From positions 64,001-128,000 of the IMG/VR virus record IMGVR_UViG_3300032030_000007: a stretch of DNA of 64,000 nucleotides. One strand, given 5' to 3'. Shown one piece after another: positions 11,085 to 21,338 of this stretch. How positions within the stretch are numbered: position 1 is the stretch's first letter; each line of letters opens with the position of its first letter. Below the pieces are notes generated by a model. That model ran no database searches, had not been told where the DNA came from, and was given only the letters and a program-made list of their open reading frames with translations. The stretch is from a virus. Lineage: Duplodnaviria; Caudoviricetes. Both the position numbers and the translations under genes were made by a program.

Positions 11085-11353
11085 AATATATTTTTATATT
11101 CCTTTTCTATTTAGTATAAAATAGATTTTTATGTAAATTATTTTTATTTTTATAAGACAAAAATACTTGAGTATGTTAGTATATTATCCCATACCCAAGC
11201 CTATATTGCCTCTATATATTACTTAGGTAAAATTAGTAATTTCGTATATATAAAAATAACCATTTTACATAAATATAATAGGATGCTTTTCAAATATTAT
11301 ATGTGTATTTTACAAATAATATATTCAAAATAATGAAAAATTTTTCACAATTT

Positions 11354-11572
11354 TTACTTATACCGATAACAGATTCTTCCTTTAGTCAAATCATACGGAC
11401 TCATTTCTACTTTTACCCTATCGCCAGTCATAAGTCGAATATAATTCATACGAATTTTTCCAGATATATGACATATGATTTCTATGCCATTATCTAATTC
11501 AACTCTAAACATAGCATTTGAAAGTTCTTGAATAATCTGTCCGTCTTGTGTAATTGCGCTTTGTTTACTCAT
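11354..11572 (-). CDS. infA: Translation initiation factor IF-1
   Basis: KQSAI.QDG...[12 protein letters not shown]....HISGK.R..YI....[16 protein letters not shown]; Bacteroidales-type sequence. Confidence 0.97.
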   Translation of the reverse strand: MSKQSAITQDGQIIQELSNAMFRVELDNGIEIICHISGKIRMNYIRLMTGDRVKVEMSPYDLTKGRICYRYK

Positions 11573-11620
11573 TCTTAAATATATTTTTTAATTATATAAT
11601 AAATTTATCCTAATGTTTTA

Positions 11621-12670
11621 TTAACCTAATGATTTATTTTTTAGTATTTTAATGAACTGTTTTTGAGTTAATGTACAACCTGCAGCACCAGGATGACCAC
11701 CACCTTTATAATGTTCCTTCATAAAGTCTCCACAATGGAAATAATCATTATTCCAATGCTTTCCTTCAGAATCAATATTATATAATGATACTACCCAGTT
11801 TCCATTTTTCTCATGCTTGAATACAATACCATTTGCACACGTATCAATAACTGATTTGAACATTGTAGAATTGGATGCTCCCTGATGGAATATAGCACAA
11901 GCAGGTCTCCATGTTGGATTATCACCAACCATACCAGTCATAATCTTCCACGAAGTATCACCAGATGTTTTAATAATGTTTTCCATTACTTTATCATCAT
12001 ATGTATTTATAATATGTCCAGTATTATACATATCATCAATGATCATACGATCTTTTGTAAGATCTAGATCATCATCATAACATTTTCTGATAATACCTAT
12101 AAGTGATTTAATTGAACCTAAATCAAGATCATATGTATTTGTTACACCTTTATTAACGTCTCTTACATATTCAAAATCATATCCTTCTCTTTCATATGAC
12201 CATGAATCCCATGCTGAAAGAATTCTAAGTAACTCAGGAACTTTCTTTTCATTATATGCTTCATCAAATGGATCATATAAGAATTTCCAAACATTCAAAA
12301 TTGCAGAACGATTTGTATCTCTAACTCCAAGGGCATCATAAAATTTATATTCAAAAGAAGCCTTAATAATAGGGGCATGATGATCACACCAAGTAAATTG
12401 ATTACCAAATTCCTTAAAAATTTTCTTCATATACTTTGGATCATTAAAAGAAATATCTGTCATTATGATATTCTCAAAATCCTCATGTAATTTTTCTACT
12501 GTGTTTTCTTTAGCAAATGTTTCCAACATATTATAGTTGGCACCAAGGAAACAAATATCTTCAAGCTTAATTTTAAGATCATTTGTTAAATAATCATAAA
12601 ATAATGCAGCTGAAAATAATCCATCATTATCTTCATTGTGATAAATAATCAAGTATTTCTTTCTATCCAT
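11621..12670 (-). CDS. DHH/DHHA1 family phosphoesterase
   Basis: H.EDNDG, TD, DHH, GGGHPGAAG motifs. Confidence 0.9.
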   Translation of the reverse strand: MDRKKYLIIYHNEDNDGLFSAALFYDYLTNDLKIKLEDICFLGANYNMLETFAKENTVEKLHEDFENIIMTDISFNDPKYMKKIFKEFGNQFTWCDHHAPIIKASFEYKFYDALGVRDTNRSAILNVWKFLYDPFDEAYNEKKVPELLRILSAWDSWSYEREGYDFEYVRDVNKGVTNTYDLDLGSIKSLIGIIRKCYDDDLDLTKDRMIIDDMYNTGHIINTYDDKVMENIIKTSGDTSWKIMTGMVGDNPTWRPACAIFHQGASNSTMFKSVIDTCANGIVFKHEKNGNWVVSLYNIDSEGKHWNNDYFHCGDFMKEHYKGGGHPGAAGCTLTQKQFIKILKNKSLG

Positions 12671-12727
12671 ATTTAATTAAATATTATTGTAAAAATAATA
12701 TAGTAACTTTTTTAATTTATTTAAATA

Positions 12728-12755
12728 AAAAGAACCTAATTAATTAGGTTCTTTT
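12728..12755. terminator. Perfect 28-bp palindrome, probable terminator
   Basis: aaaagaacctaattaattaggttctttt overlapping the stop of 12744-12998. Confidence 0.6.
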
Positions 12756-12998
12756 ATTATATGGTACTTGAGGATCTAAAGCAAAATTGACTCCCCCATA
12801 AAATCCCATATCATGTATTTTTCTAAAGAAATCAACTAATGGAAAACCCTCTTCCTCAGTTTTCTTAATGTCTTCTGCTATATCAAAATAATCAACCAAA
12901 TAATTAAATACATCTTCCCATCTGTCCTTTTTCTGTTTTTCCATTTCTACAATAAATTCAGATGGTAACTGTTTTAGTTGGTCATTTATATTGATCAT
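12744..12998 (-). CDS. Hypothetical protein
   Basis: ATG ORF co-oriented in the operon. Confidence 0.6.
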   Translation of the reverse strand: MININDQLKQLPSEFIVEMEKQKKDRWEDVFNYLVDYFDIAEDIKKTEEEGFPLVDFFRKIHDMGFYGGVNFALDPQVPYNKRT

Positions 12999-13009
12999 TT
13001 ATATTAAAA

Positions 13010-13273
13010 TCATTGTTTTTCTATAATAGCTTCATATTTACCAGATTTTAAACAACAATTCTTGTATTTTTTTCCGCTTTTGCAAGGACATGGGTCATTA
13101 CGACCAATCTTTTTATATTCTCTTACTTTCTGCGTATGAGCTTTCTTCCATGCTTGTGCTAATTCTTCTAATTGCTTCATTTGATTATTTTGAATAGCAG
13201 TCTCCATTGATTCTTTACTTTGATAATTCTTTTCAGAAAGCTGAGTAGCATCCATTATCATTCCTGTTTGCAT
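13010..13273 (-). CDS. SEC-C motif protein (likely start at ATG 13273)
   Basis: [20 protein letters not shown]; upstream extension overlaps a terminator-like hairpin at 13331-13357. Confidence 0.85.
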   Translation of the reverse strand: MQTGMIMDATQLSEKNYQSKESMETAIQNNQMKQLEELAQAWKKAHTQKVREYKKIGRNDPCPCKSGKKYKNCCLKSGKYEAIIEKQ

Positions 13274-13383
13274 ATTGATATTATCTATATATTTATATAA
13301 AAATAGTAATATTATTTTACAAATTAAAAAATGCAGAGATATAAAATACCTCTGCATCTAACTCGCATTATGTTTTCTAAATA

Positions 13384-14502
13384 TTAGAATGGAAGATCAT
13401 CAGTTGATTCCTCTACAGCATGAGCTGTAGGTTCTTCAGTCTTTGGAGCTTCCTCCTCAGTTTCTTTCTTAGTTTCTTCCTTATCTAATCCAAATCCTTC
13501 ATAAGATTTTTCATCTTCAGGATCATTACCTGCAAGTACGATCTTAATCCAACGATCTACACGAGCCTTAACTGTATCACTCCATGGCTTATATGAAAGT
13601 TCCTCTTCAATATTTGGACATACAGACTTAATCTGCTCAAGTACCTTAGTATAGATCTTTCCAAGTTCAGCAGTATTTGGATCTGCTTTGATTTTAGCTT
13701 CCATTTCAGCTCTTGCAGCAGGATCTTTACTATCCCAAACTGGTTCCATAGCAGTAATGTAGTTATTCAATATAACCTTTTCATTATCATTAAGCATTGG
13801 AGAACCATCAGGATTAATACAGCTTACAGGACGACGTGAGAATTCACCAAGATACTTAGTATCACGACCATAAGTTTCATCACCAGGATTACCTGCACCA
13901 GGAATTACTTCCAATTCAATTGAATTACCGAAAAGATAATCCATTACAGGAATCTTAGCTTTCTTTGATTCTACTGAAGGATGAATCTTAGCATCAATCT
14001 GTAACCAAATAGCCTTTGGACATTTCCAGAACAAATACTTACCTACCTTATCTGGTTGGTTTTCATCTTCAAGAACCTGTACAACTACATAACGAGCATA
14101 ACGCTTGTCGAATAATCCCTTACCACCTTTATCCTTTGGTAAAGCCTGGTCATAAAGAATCTTATCCATACCACCATTCTCTGGCTTTGCAAAATGACAT
14201 TTCTTCCATGCTTTAAAGATAGGACATTCATCTTTCTTATTAACAGTTAATGCACTGATAACAGTTAACCAACCATCCTTATCATGTAAAGCGTATGCTT
14301 GTTGTTCAAGTACAGATTGTTTTGGGTTAAATGGATTATAAACTACTTTAATTGTACAACGATAATGACCGTCCTCAGATTTTGCATTAGCAGGACTAGT
14401 TTTGTAAATTAAAGGATTACCTTGTGATTTGTTTTCTGTTTGATTAAATACTTCAAGTTGTGATGGATCAAAACCTAAAAAATCATTGTCAAAATTACTC
14501 AT
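13384..14502 (-). CDS. T4 gp32-like single-stranded DNA-binding protein
   Basis: ECPI..W, R.ARY..VQVLEDENQPD.VGK core; acidic tail ending DDLPF; ATG at 14502. Confidence 0.75.
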   Translation of the reverse strand: MSNFDNDFLGFDPSQLEVFNQTENKSQGNPLIYKTSPANAKSEDGHYRCTIKVVYNPFNPKQSVLEQQAYALHDKDGWLTVISALTVNKKDECPIFKAWKKCHFAKPENGGMDKILYDQALPKDKGGKGLFDKRYARYVVVQVLEDENQPDKVGKYLFWKCPKAIWLQIDAKIHPSVESKKAKIPVMDYLFGNSIELEVIPGAGNPGDETYGRDTKYLGEFSRRPVSCINPDGSPMLNDNEKVILNNYITAMEPVWDSKDPAARAEMEAKIKADPNTAELGKIYTKVLEQIKSVCPNIEEELSYKPWSDTVKARVDRWIKIVLAGNDPEDEKSYEGFGLDKEETKKETEEEAPKTEEPTAHAVEESTDDLPF

Positions 14503-14690
14503 AAAATTTAAATTCAAATATTTTTACAAATTTGACAAGTACGACTTGTCTTTATTTCAATTATCTTTAATAATTATTTTAATATAGTCTTTATAAATAT
14601 ATTATTTTCAATCTTTTTACAAAATTTTTTACAAACTTTTATTGTACCTTATATTATATAAAAATAATATATTTTGTATATTTTATGATA

Positions 14691-14987
14691 CTATAAGGAA
14701 TCTTTTTCATTTAGTTTTTTAAGTATTTCTTCATAATTATTATTAAGTCTTTCTAACATTTCTTTATCTGCAAATATAGGATTTAATACTTCAACACCTT
14801 GGTATTCTTCACATAATACAGGCATAACAAGAACTTTAACAGTATCATCAAATTTACTTTCAAAGTATTTGTTTAATTGATGCAATTGAGCTATTCCACG
14901 TTGACGGCTTAAATCTTTTATGCATACATTTACGACCAATATAAGTTTATCTTTATCATGTAATAAACTTGGTAATTTAGTATCCAT
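14691..14987 (-). CDS. Hypothetical protein
   Basis: ATG ORF ending in TAG. Confidence 0.6.
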   Translation of the reverse strand: MDTKLPSLLHDKDKLILVVNVCIKDLSRQRGIAQLHQLNKYFESKFDDTVKVLVMPVLCEEYQGVEVLNPIFADKEMLERLNNNYEEILKKLNEKDSL

Positions 14988-15020
14988 TTAAAGTTAACAT
15001 ATATTTATAATAAAATAGAA

Positions 15021-15047
15021 AGATCCTGGAATCAAATTCCAGGATCT
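15021..15047 (-). terminator. Hairpin terminator downstream of mdh
   Basis: agatcctggaat...attccaggatct inverted repeat followed by T-rich sequence on the minus strand. Confidence 0.65.
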
Positions 15048-15079
15048 GTAAATAAAAATTCAAATATATATATAATAGG

Positions 15080-16015
15080 TTAACTTAGTGCAGCATTTAC
15101 ATTTTTTACAGCATTAACACTTGCATCAAACTTATCACGGATAGCAGGATCATTGCCTTCATAGTGTACTGATGTAATACCAGTAGCTCCAATAGTTACA
15201 GTATCGCCAATACATAGTCCAAGTGTATCATGATAAACAGAAGCAGATACAGTATTAATCTTATTAAAAGTAATCATCTTAATAGTCTCGCAGATTCCCT
15301 GAGCCGGAGCCTCCCAAGCAGATGTTCCAAGAAGCTTTGTTAAAGTAGCTCCGCCCTTCATTGTCTTCTCAACCACATCATTAATCTCTTCCTCAGTAAG
15401 ATACTCAGTAATAGGATTTCCGAATATAGTAGCAGTATGTACCATAGGAATCATTGTAGTATCTCCATGACCACCAATTACACGAGCATAAATATCACCA
15501 AGCTTCATATGGTTTACTGGAGTCTTCTCCTTCATCTTCATATAGATATTATACTTAAATCGTGCACTATCCAAAATTCCACCCATGCCAATTACTCTGT
15601 TAGCATTCTCAACACCAAGATAATTAACTACCATCTGAGTCATAGTATCCATAGGATTAGATACGACAATATAAATTGCATTTGGAGAATACTTGGTACA
15701 TCCATCCATAACCATTGTCATTACCTTAGAATTGACTCCGACTAATTCCTCACGAGTCATACCAGGCTTACGAGGAACACCAGAAGTAATAACGATGATA
15801 TCCGAATTAGCAGTCTTTGAATAATCGCCAGTTGTACCTGTCACGTTCTTAGTGTTATTAACCATCATAAGTGACTGCATAATATCCATTGCCTTACCTT
15901 CAGCAACACCCTCCTTTACGTCAAGAAGTACGATATTATCAATAATAGTCTCAGATGCAATTTTCATAGCGGCGGTTGCACCTACATTACCCGCACCAAT
16001 AATAGATACTTTCAT
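15080..16015 (-). CDS. mdh: LDH-like malate dehydrogenase
   Basis: GAGNVG, GKAMD, GVPRKPGMTREEL (Arg at the MDH specificity position), SNPMD, LDSAR, GGHGD. Confidence 0.93.
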   Translation of the reverse strand: MKVSIIGAGNVGATAAMKIASETIIDNIVLLDVKEGVAEGKAMDIMQSLMMVNNTKNVTGTTGDYSKTANSDIIVITSGVPRKPGMTREELVGVNSKVMTMVMDGCTKYSPNAIYIVVSNPMDTMTQMVVNYLGVENANRVIGMGGILDSARFKYNIYMKMKEKTPVNHMKLGDIYARVIGGHGDTTMIPMVHTATIFGNPITEYLTEEEINDVVEKTMKGGATLTKLLGTSAWEAPAQGICETIKMITFNKINTVSASVYHDTLGLCIGDTVTIGATGITSVHYEGNDPAIRDKFDASVNAVKNVNAALS

Positions 16016-16039
16016 ATTATTTATTATATTTTATTTAAT

Positions 16040-17324
16040 TTATTTCTTTTTTGGAACAATCTTAAATGTTCTATATCCCTGTTTGATCTCAATATTTAAA
16101 AGTTTGAATATCTCAATTGGAAATTCATAACGATAAACTACATAATGTTTGTTATGACGATGCTTACCACGTTTAAAAACCTCAATATTATATCCAAATA
16201 CATATTTCTCATTTCTATGATTATCTACATATGCGGTTCCAAATTGACTAGAACAACACAAACACATTCCTCGATAAGAAGATCTAAATCTCTCTTTAGC
16301 ATCTTTTGTAGTGCCATAACCCGTAAGAATTGTAGGTTTAATTCCAATTGTAAACTTCATATTTCTAATATTATTTTATTTAACGAATTTATTAATTTAT
16401 AAATATAATATAGAAATTATTTTTAAAAATTAAAATAATATATAAATTTTTTCATACTTTATAAAATTAAATTATACTAATGTTACATTATCTATCTTTG
16501 ACAAATATACTCCTTCATGATAAGGGCGACCCTGTTTAACAAGCCAGTAACACATTGCATTTCCAATATTAGGACCTGTTACAATTTCAAAATTATTCTT
16601 TAATAGAATGTCTTGAATTTTCTTTGCACTGTCACGCAAATTTTCATAATCATTGTTCTGTTTCATCTTTTGCTCTAAAACTTAAGTTATATGTATTAAT
16701 CAAGTTCATACGATCTGTTTCTCCCCACTGAGTTGCAAAAACATTAATAGTGTTCCACAGTTTTTTATGTAGGTGCCATGCATTTGCTGCAAGTTCCTCA
16801 AACTCTTTAATCATTCTTTGTTTCTCGTAGCATTCAGCAGCCAACTGAACAACGAACATTGTATTGTATTTTTCTTTGAATATTGTATTCAGAAAATCAT
16901 TAAACATTTGAATATTATGTTCATGAATTTCATATCCATAATTGAATCCTGTACGACGGTCTGAATATCGTTCATCCTTATTAGCATCTGCCATTTCAAA
17001 TACCCAGATATCATCAGCAGTTTTTATAATATCTGTCTTATATAGTTTCTGTTCGTCCTCATCAAGTTTTCTTTCCTGTTTTGCAATCAAACGAAAACTA
17101 ATATGTGTGTTTATGATATCGATTTGAATATGACCGATATTATATGGTGCAGGAAGACCGAAAATACGGCAAGTATCCCAATGTGTTTTAAAACCGTACC
17201 AATCTTCTGTGTCATAAGATTTCTCCCAACAATCATATTCAGTTATTCCGCAAGATGCAAGATACCTCTTAATGTAATTTACCAATTCTTGATGAGAAAA
17301 TGTAAAATTATGTTCTTTATACAT
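16040..17324 (-). other. Hypothetical genes (16040-16360, 16472-16666, 16650-17324)
   Basis: Co-oriented ORFs behind promoter motifs at about 16407-16435 (variant) and 17352-17380. Confidence 0.65.
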
Positions 17325-17351
17325 ATTTGAAATTTATTTGTTTGATAATAC

Positions 17352-17380
17352 AATATAGTACATTATCTAAAAAATTCAAA
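17352..17380 (-). promoter_or_regulatory. Conserved promoter (copy 2)
   Basis: TTTGAA-N15-ACTATATT. Confidence 0.8.
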
Positions 17381-17574
17381 TATAATATGTATTATTGTCT
17401 TTTCTGTATTTCTGACCTTATTTCAACTTCTATTCCCAGCCTATGGCATTCTCTTGAACGTTTGTTAAATGTCATTGTGCATTCATGTTCGTATTCAAGA
17501 TTATGCGCACCCATATAACTAACAATAAAAATTAGTATTGTAAGAAATAACGAAAATAAAAATTCCATAGACTA

Positions 17575-17874
17575 TTATCCTTTCTGTGCTTTAAATCGTT
17601 TTAAAACCTCTTTACAGAAATCTTCTTGAGTATCATATAAAATATTTTCTCCACACTCTTTTAGCATTTCACTTACAATATCATTAATATTAGCAATATC
17701 TTCCCAAGTAAGTGATTTATTTACTTTTAGGTTTTCTGATAGTGAGTCACTAATAAAATCTACAGCAGAATCAATGTTAGCTATGTCAATTACATCTGTA
17801 TCCCCGTTCCATGCAATAAAAAGCTCAATAATATTTCTGATTTTCTCTTTATCTGTCATACTTATCTCCTTCAT
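17575..17874 (-). CDS. Hypothetical protein
   Basis: ATG ORF overlapping the end of the upstream gene. Confidence 0.6.
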   Translation of the reverse strand: MKEISMTDKEKIRNIIELFIAWNGDTDVIDIANIDSAVDFISDSLSENLKVNKSLTWEDIANINDIVSEMLKECGENILYDTQEDFCKEVLKRFKAQKG

Positions 17875-18691
17875 ATTTCTTTTTTGTAAATATTGCCTTT
17901 ACATGAGTATAATCATTAATTGTAATATCGAAATCTTTCTTCCAGCACTGCTCCCACCAAGGAAGTCTAAATCTCTCAAAGTAATCAATATTGAAACCAT
18001 CGTTGAACATCTGAACAAGAAGATTTGTAGAAATAGGGAAATAGTTCTCATGAACCTCACGATTCCAATTTACCTTCCAACGATACTTAAGAAGAAAATG
18101 AATCAAATTACGATTATTTAAAATTGAACCCCATGTATCTTCAAATTCCTTTAACATATTGGAATCTGCATTCTGACGAATTCTAGTTTCAATCCAACTA
18201 ACTGACTTTCTATCAATATCATCAGAAGGACACATATCACGGATAATAATATAATCAAATCCTGTGTTCAGAACTCGTTTCCAAAATGTTGCAATATCGT
18301 TTTCATCTTTTGCATAAGAATAAACTTCATGAATAACTGAAGAAAGAATCAATACAGTCTTTCTATATAAATTAAATTTTTTCTCAACTTCAGACCAGTC
18401 AGTTGTAAAGATTACATCAGCATTTGCAGGACCATGATAATTTGTCTTTGCAATATCGATCATAGTCTCGGAAATATCATAACCAATATATGTCTTATTT
18501 GATGGTTTATCACTCTCGAAAATTGAAGCAAGAGCATTTATCATAGATCCGTCAGCACATCCAAAGTCAACAAAAACATAATTGTCATTTTTTGGTAGAC
18601 GGTCTAAAAAAAATAATTTATCTTCCATACCTTTTTGCATTTCTTTATTATAAAAATTAATACTTGTAAAATTTTTTCCTATTTCACACAT
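17849..18691 (-). CDS. Class I SAM-dependent methyltransferase-like protein
   Basis: VFVDFGCADG motif I, YIGYDIS motif II, LSSVIHE, IIIRD. Confidence 0.8.
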   Translation of the reverse strand: MCEIGKNFTSINFYNKEMQKGMEDKLFFLDRLPKNDNYVFVDFGCADGSMINALASIFESDKPSNKTYIGYDISETMIDIAKTNYHGPANADVIFTTDWSEVEKKFNLYRKTVLILSSVIHEVYSYAKDENDIATFWKRVLNTGFDYIIIRDMCPSDDIDRKSVSWIETRIRQNADSNMLKEFEDTWGSILNNRNLIHFLLKYRWKVNWNREVHENYFPISTNLLVQMFNDGFNIDYFERFRLPWWEQCWKKDFDITINDYTHVKAIFTKKKYEGDKYDR

Positions 18692-18717
18692 ATTTATTTA
18701 TTGTTTGATCCATATAT

Positions 18718-18746
18718 AATATAGTCAAAAAACGCAGAAATTCAAA
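18718..18746 (-). promoter_or_regulatory. Conserved promoter (copy 3)
   Basis: TTTGAA-N15-ACTATATT. Confidence 0.8.
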
Positions 18747-18790
18747 TATTAATTGAATTCCTGCTTATATAAAATATAATAAATAAAATA

Positions 18791-19860
18791 TTATGAAATA
18801 CCTAAAGTATTTGGAACTTTACCATTTGTTATTGGTGTTTCAATATGAAATATCTGTGCCTGCTGTGTAAATGGACTACCCGTGGTCACAATTGTACCAG
18901 TTATAGCTGCATTTCTTATATGATAATCTATTGCTTGTGCCAATACCTCTGCTAATGCATCAGATACCATATCATCAAATGCATCTCCAATTTCACGAGC
19001 TTTTTGTTTGCCTACTTCACTTGTATCTGCAAACTGCATTGATATAATACGTTCAACAGCAGGTACAACAATATTTTTAATTCCTGTTTCTATATGTTCT
19101 TTAAGATCATCTACCTTAAGACTCATTTATATAAACTTAAAATTTATTTATCTATTCATAATCCAACATGCAAATTCAAATAAACCTGCATATGCATCAT
19201 TAATCTGGGTTTCAGTTAACTTACCATTATTAAATGGCTTAACCATTGTGTCAACGTATTCTTGTACAATCTTATGAATCTGAAGTTTCTTATTTACATC
19301 AAGTAAATCAGATGGTCTTGTAAATTTAAATTTTTCATCTTCTTCCTTCTTATTATTTTCATAAATTGCATTACCTATCTTACGAAGTCTATCAATAATA
19401 TCATCCCCATCAATGCCAAATAACTTAAGAATGCTCAAATCACTATTCTCAAGTTGATCTAATTGCTTATTGTAGCCTTCTAAACCTTCTTTTGTAGATA
19501 AGTCAAAAACTTCAATAGATTTCTTTTTATTATCTTCCATATTTATATTATTAATTTGTTTATTAAAAATAAATAATCATTATTTAAATATAGATTATTA
19601 GTGGTATATTATTCTATTATTTTACATAATGATAAATCAATATTATTTGAATTTATTTTAATTTTAATATATTCAATGTTAATATTTGTATTTGCTTTAT
19701 CATAAATATCATAATATTCATTTTGTTTTTCAATAGTTTTAAAAATTAAAATTTTATTATGATCATTTACAAGTTGAATAGTATTTTGATTTGAATTTAA
19801 TGGTTTTTTATATTTTCTTCCTATTGCATAATAAAAGAGATCTTTCATATTAAGATACAT
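18791..19860 (-). other. Hypothetical genes (18791-19126, 19148-19540, 19609-19860)
   Basis: Co-oriented ATG ORFs. Confidence 0.6.
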
Positions 19861-19904
19861 ATTATTTTTATTTAAATAAGTATATATAAAAATATAATTA
19901 GTAT

Positions 19905-20393
19905 ATGAATTACACTAAGCTTTATGGTGTTGAAAATTTTGATAAATATGATAATAAATATGCTATTTATCTAAAAAACAATATCACAACTAAAATTGTA
20001 TATAAATTGAATTCTTCTATAATTGAAAGATTAAAATCAAAATATCCTTTATATAAAATATATAAAAATATAGAAGATGAATCATATATATTAATTGGCA
20101 TTAATAAATTATTTATTCCTATATATGGTCATTTTTATAATAATGCAGATTATTTAATAGCAAAATATGCAACAAGTAATTACGATAATGATAAGTATAT
20201 GATAGTTAAAAAATATGAAGTATATTGTAATGAATATAATCATCCTGCATTATATGTAACATTAAACGAATGCAAGAGAAAAATTGTTGCATTAAAAACA
20301 GATATTGAAAATATAACATATTCTGGAGAAATTGATTTATCTGAATATAATACAAATAAATATGAAGCTATAAATCCCGAAGAATTTGAATAA
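19905..20393 (+). CDS. Hypothetical protein
   Basis: 162-aa ORF ending at a hairpin (20374-20404) shared with the convergent gene. Confidence 0.6.
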   Translation: MNYTKLYGVENFDKYDNKYAIYLKNNITTKIVYKLNSSIIERLKSKYPLYKIYKNIEDESYILIGINKLFIPIYGHFYNNADYLIAKYATSNYDNDKYMIVKKYEVYCNEYNHPALYVTLNECKRKIVALKTDIENITYSGEIDLSEYNTNKYEAINPEEFE

Positions 20394-20409
20394 TTCCTCG
20401 GGATATTTT

Positions 20410-21303
20410 TTATTTAAGATTGATAAAATGCGATTCCTTTTGAGGTTCCAAATTAACTTTTTCAGGGTCTTCATTTGGTTCTTCAGCATCTCCATCTCCT
20501 TTAATTCCTGTATCAATATTTGACTCTTCTTTTAGTTGTTTCAATTCTTCAGGTTCTGAAAATGAAATTGGTTCATGAATTTCTGTAGCAGGTATTTGAT
20601 GAATTTTTGGATTCTTTAAATCTTCAATTTCCTTTTTAAGTTTATCAATTTCTTCATTCTTTTCTTTAAAAACAATATTTTCTGCATCTTTATTAAATTC
20701 ATCAAATTCTTTTTCATCTAATTGAACTTCTTCTTTAGGAAGATCAATATCCTCATTATGTTTCTCTGAATCTTCCTGCGGATTATCTTCATTCTTATCT
20801 TCAATCTCATTAGTTATTTCTTCAATATGTTTTTCTTCTAATTGTTCTTTCTTAAGTTCTTCTTGGTCAGACAAATAATTAGTTATCATACTTGTAAGTA
20901 ATAATGCGCATACTGGAAGAATAGCTCCAACAATATAAGTTACTATTACTGTTGCTTGGTCATCTGGGAGACTAGTCCAAATAAATATTGGTTCTTTGAA
21001 ATATATAAGATTTTCTACAGAATTTAATTTCAAATATTTATATGAACTAAATACATTACCAATAACCTGTACTAATGTAAACATCGTCATCAGAACCCAT
21101 GGCATAATACGTGATCTATCTTTAGACGAAGTCAATAAACTAAATAATACAGCAGCTTGTCCAACCTCAAATGCAAATGCCAATATAACAGACATCCAAG
21201 AATTATTAGCTAAACCAAAGAATGATACTGCATGCCAAAAACTTGAGAACGCAACAATAAGATAAAGAACAGCAAATAATGATATATAAATCTTTTGCTT
21301 CAT
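20410..21303 (-). CDS. Membrane protein with about 4 TM helices and an acidic coiled-coil tail
   Basis: Four hydrophobic segments in the first ~145 aa; E/K/D-rich C-terminus. Confidence 0.75.
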   Translation of the reverse strand: MKQKIYISLFAVLYLIVAFSSFWHAVSFFGLANNSWMSVILAFAFEVGQAAVLFSLLTSSKDRSRIMPWVLMTMFTLVQVIGNVFSSYKYLKLNSVENLIYFKEPIFIWTSLPDDQATVIVTYIVGAILPVCALLLTSMITNYLSDQEELKKEQLEEKHIEEITNEIEDKNEDNPQEDSEKHNEDIDLPKEEVQLDEKEFDEFNKDAENIVFKEKNEEIDKLKKEIEDLKNPKIHQIPATEIHEPISFSEPEELKQLKEESNIDTGIKGDGDAEEPNEDPEKVNLEPQKESHFINLK

Positions 21304-21338
21304 TATACTTATTTATATATTTTATCTAAAAATAATAT

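Noticed and set aside
11200-11235. Possible NrdR boxes upstream of nrdD
   Set aside because: Match to the palindromic consensus is too weak in such AT-rich DNA
13274-13357. N-terminal extension of the SEC-C ORF given in the track
   Set aside because: Overlaps a terminator-like hairpin and AT-rich intergenic sequence; ATG 13273 is the more plausible start
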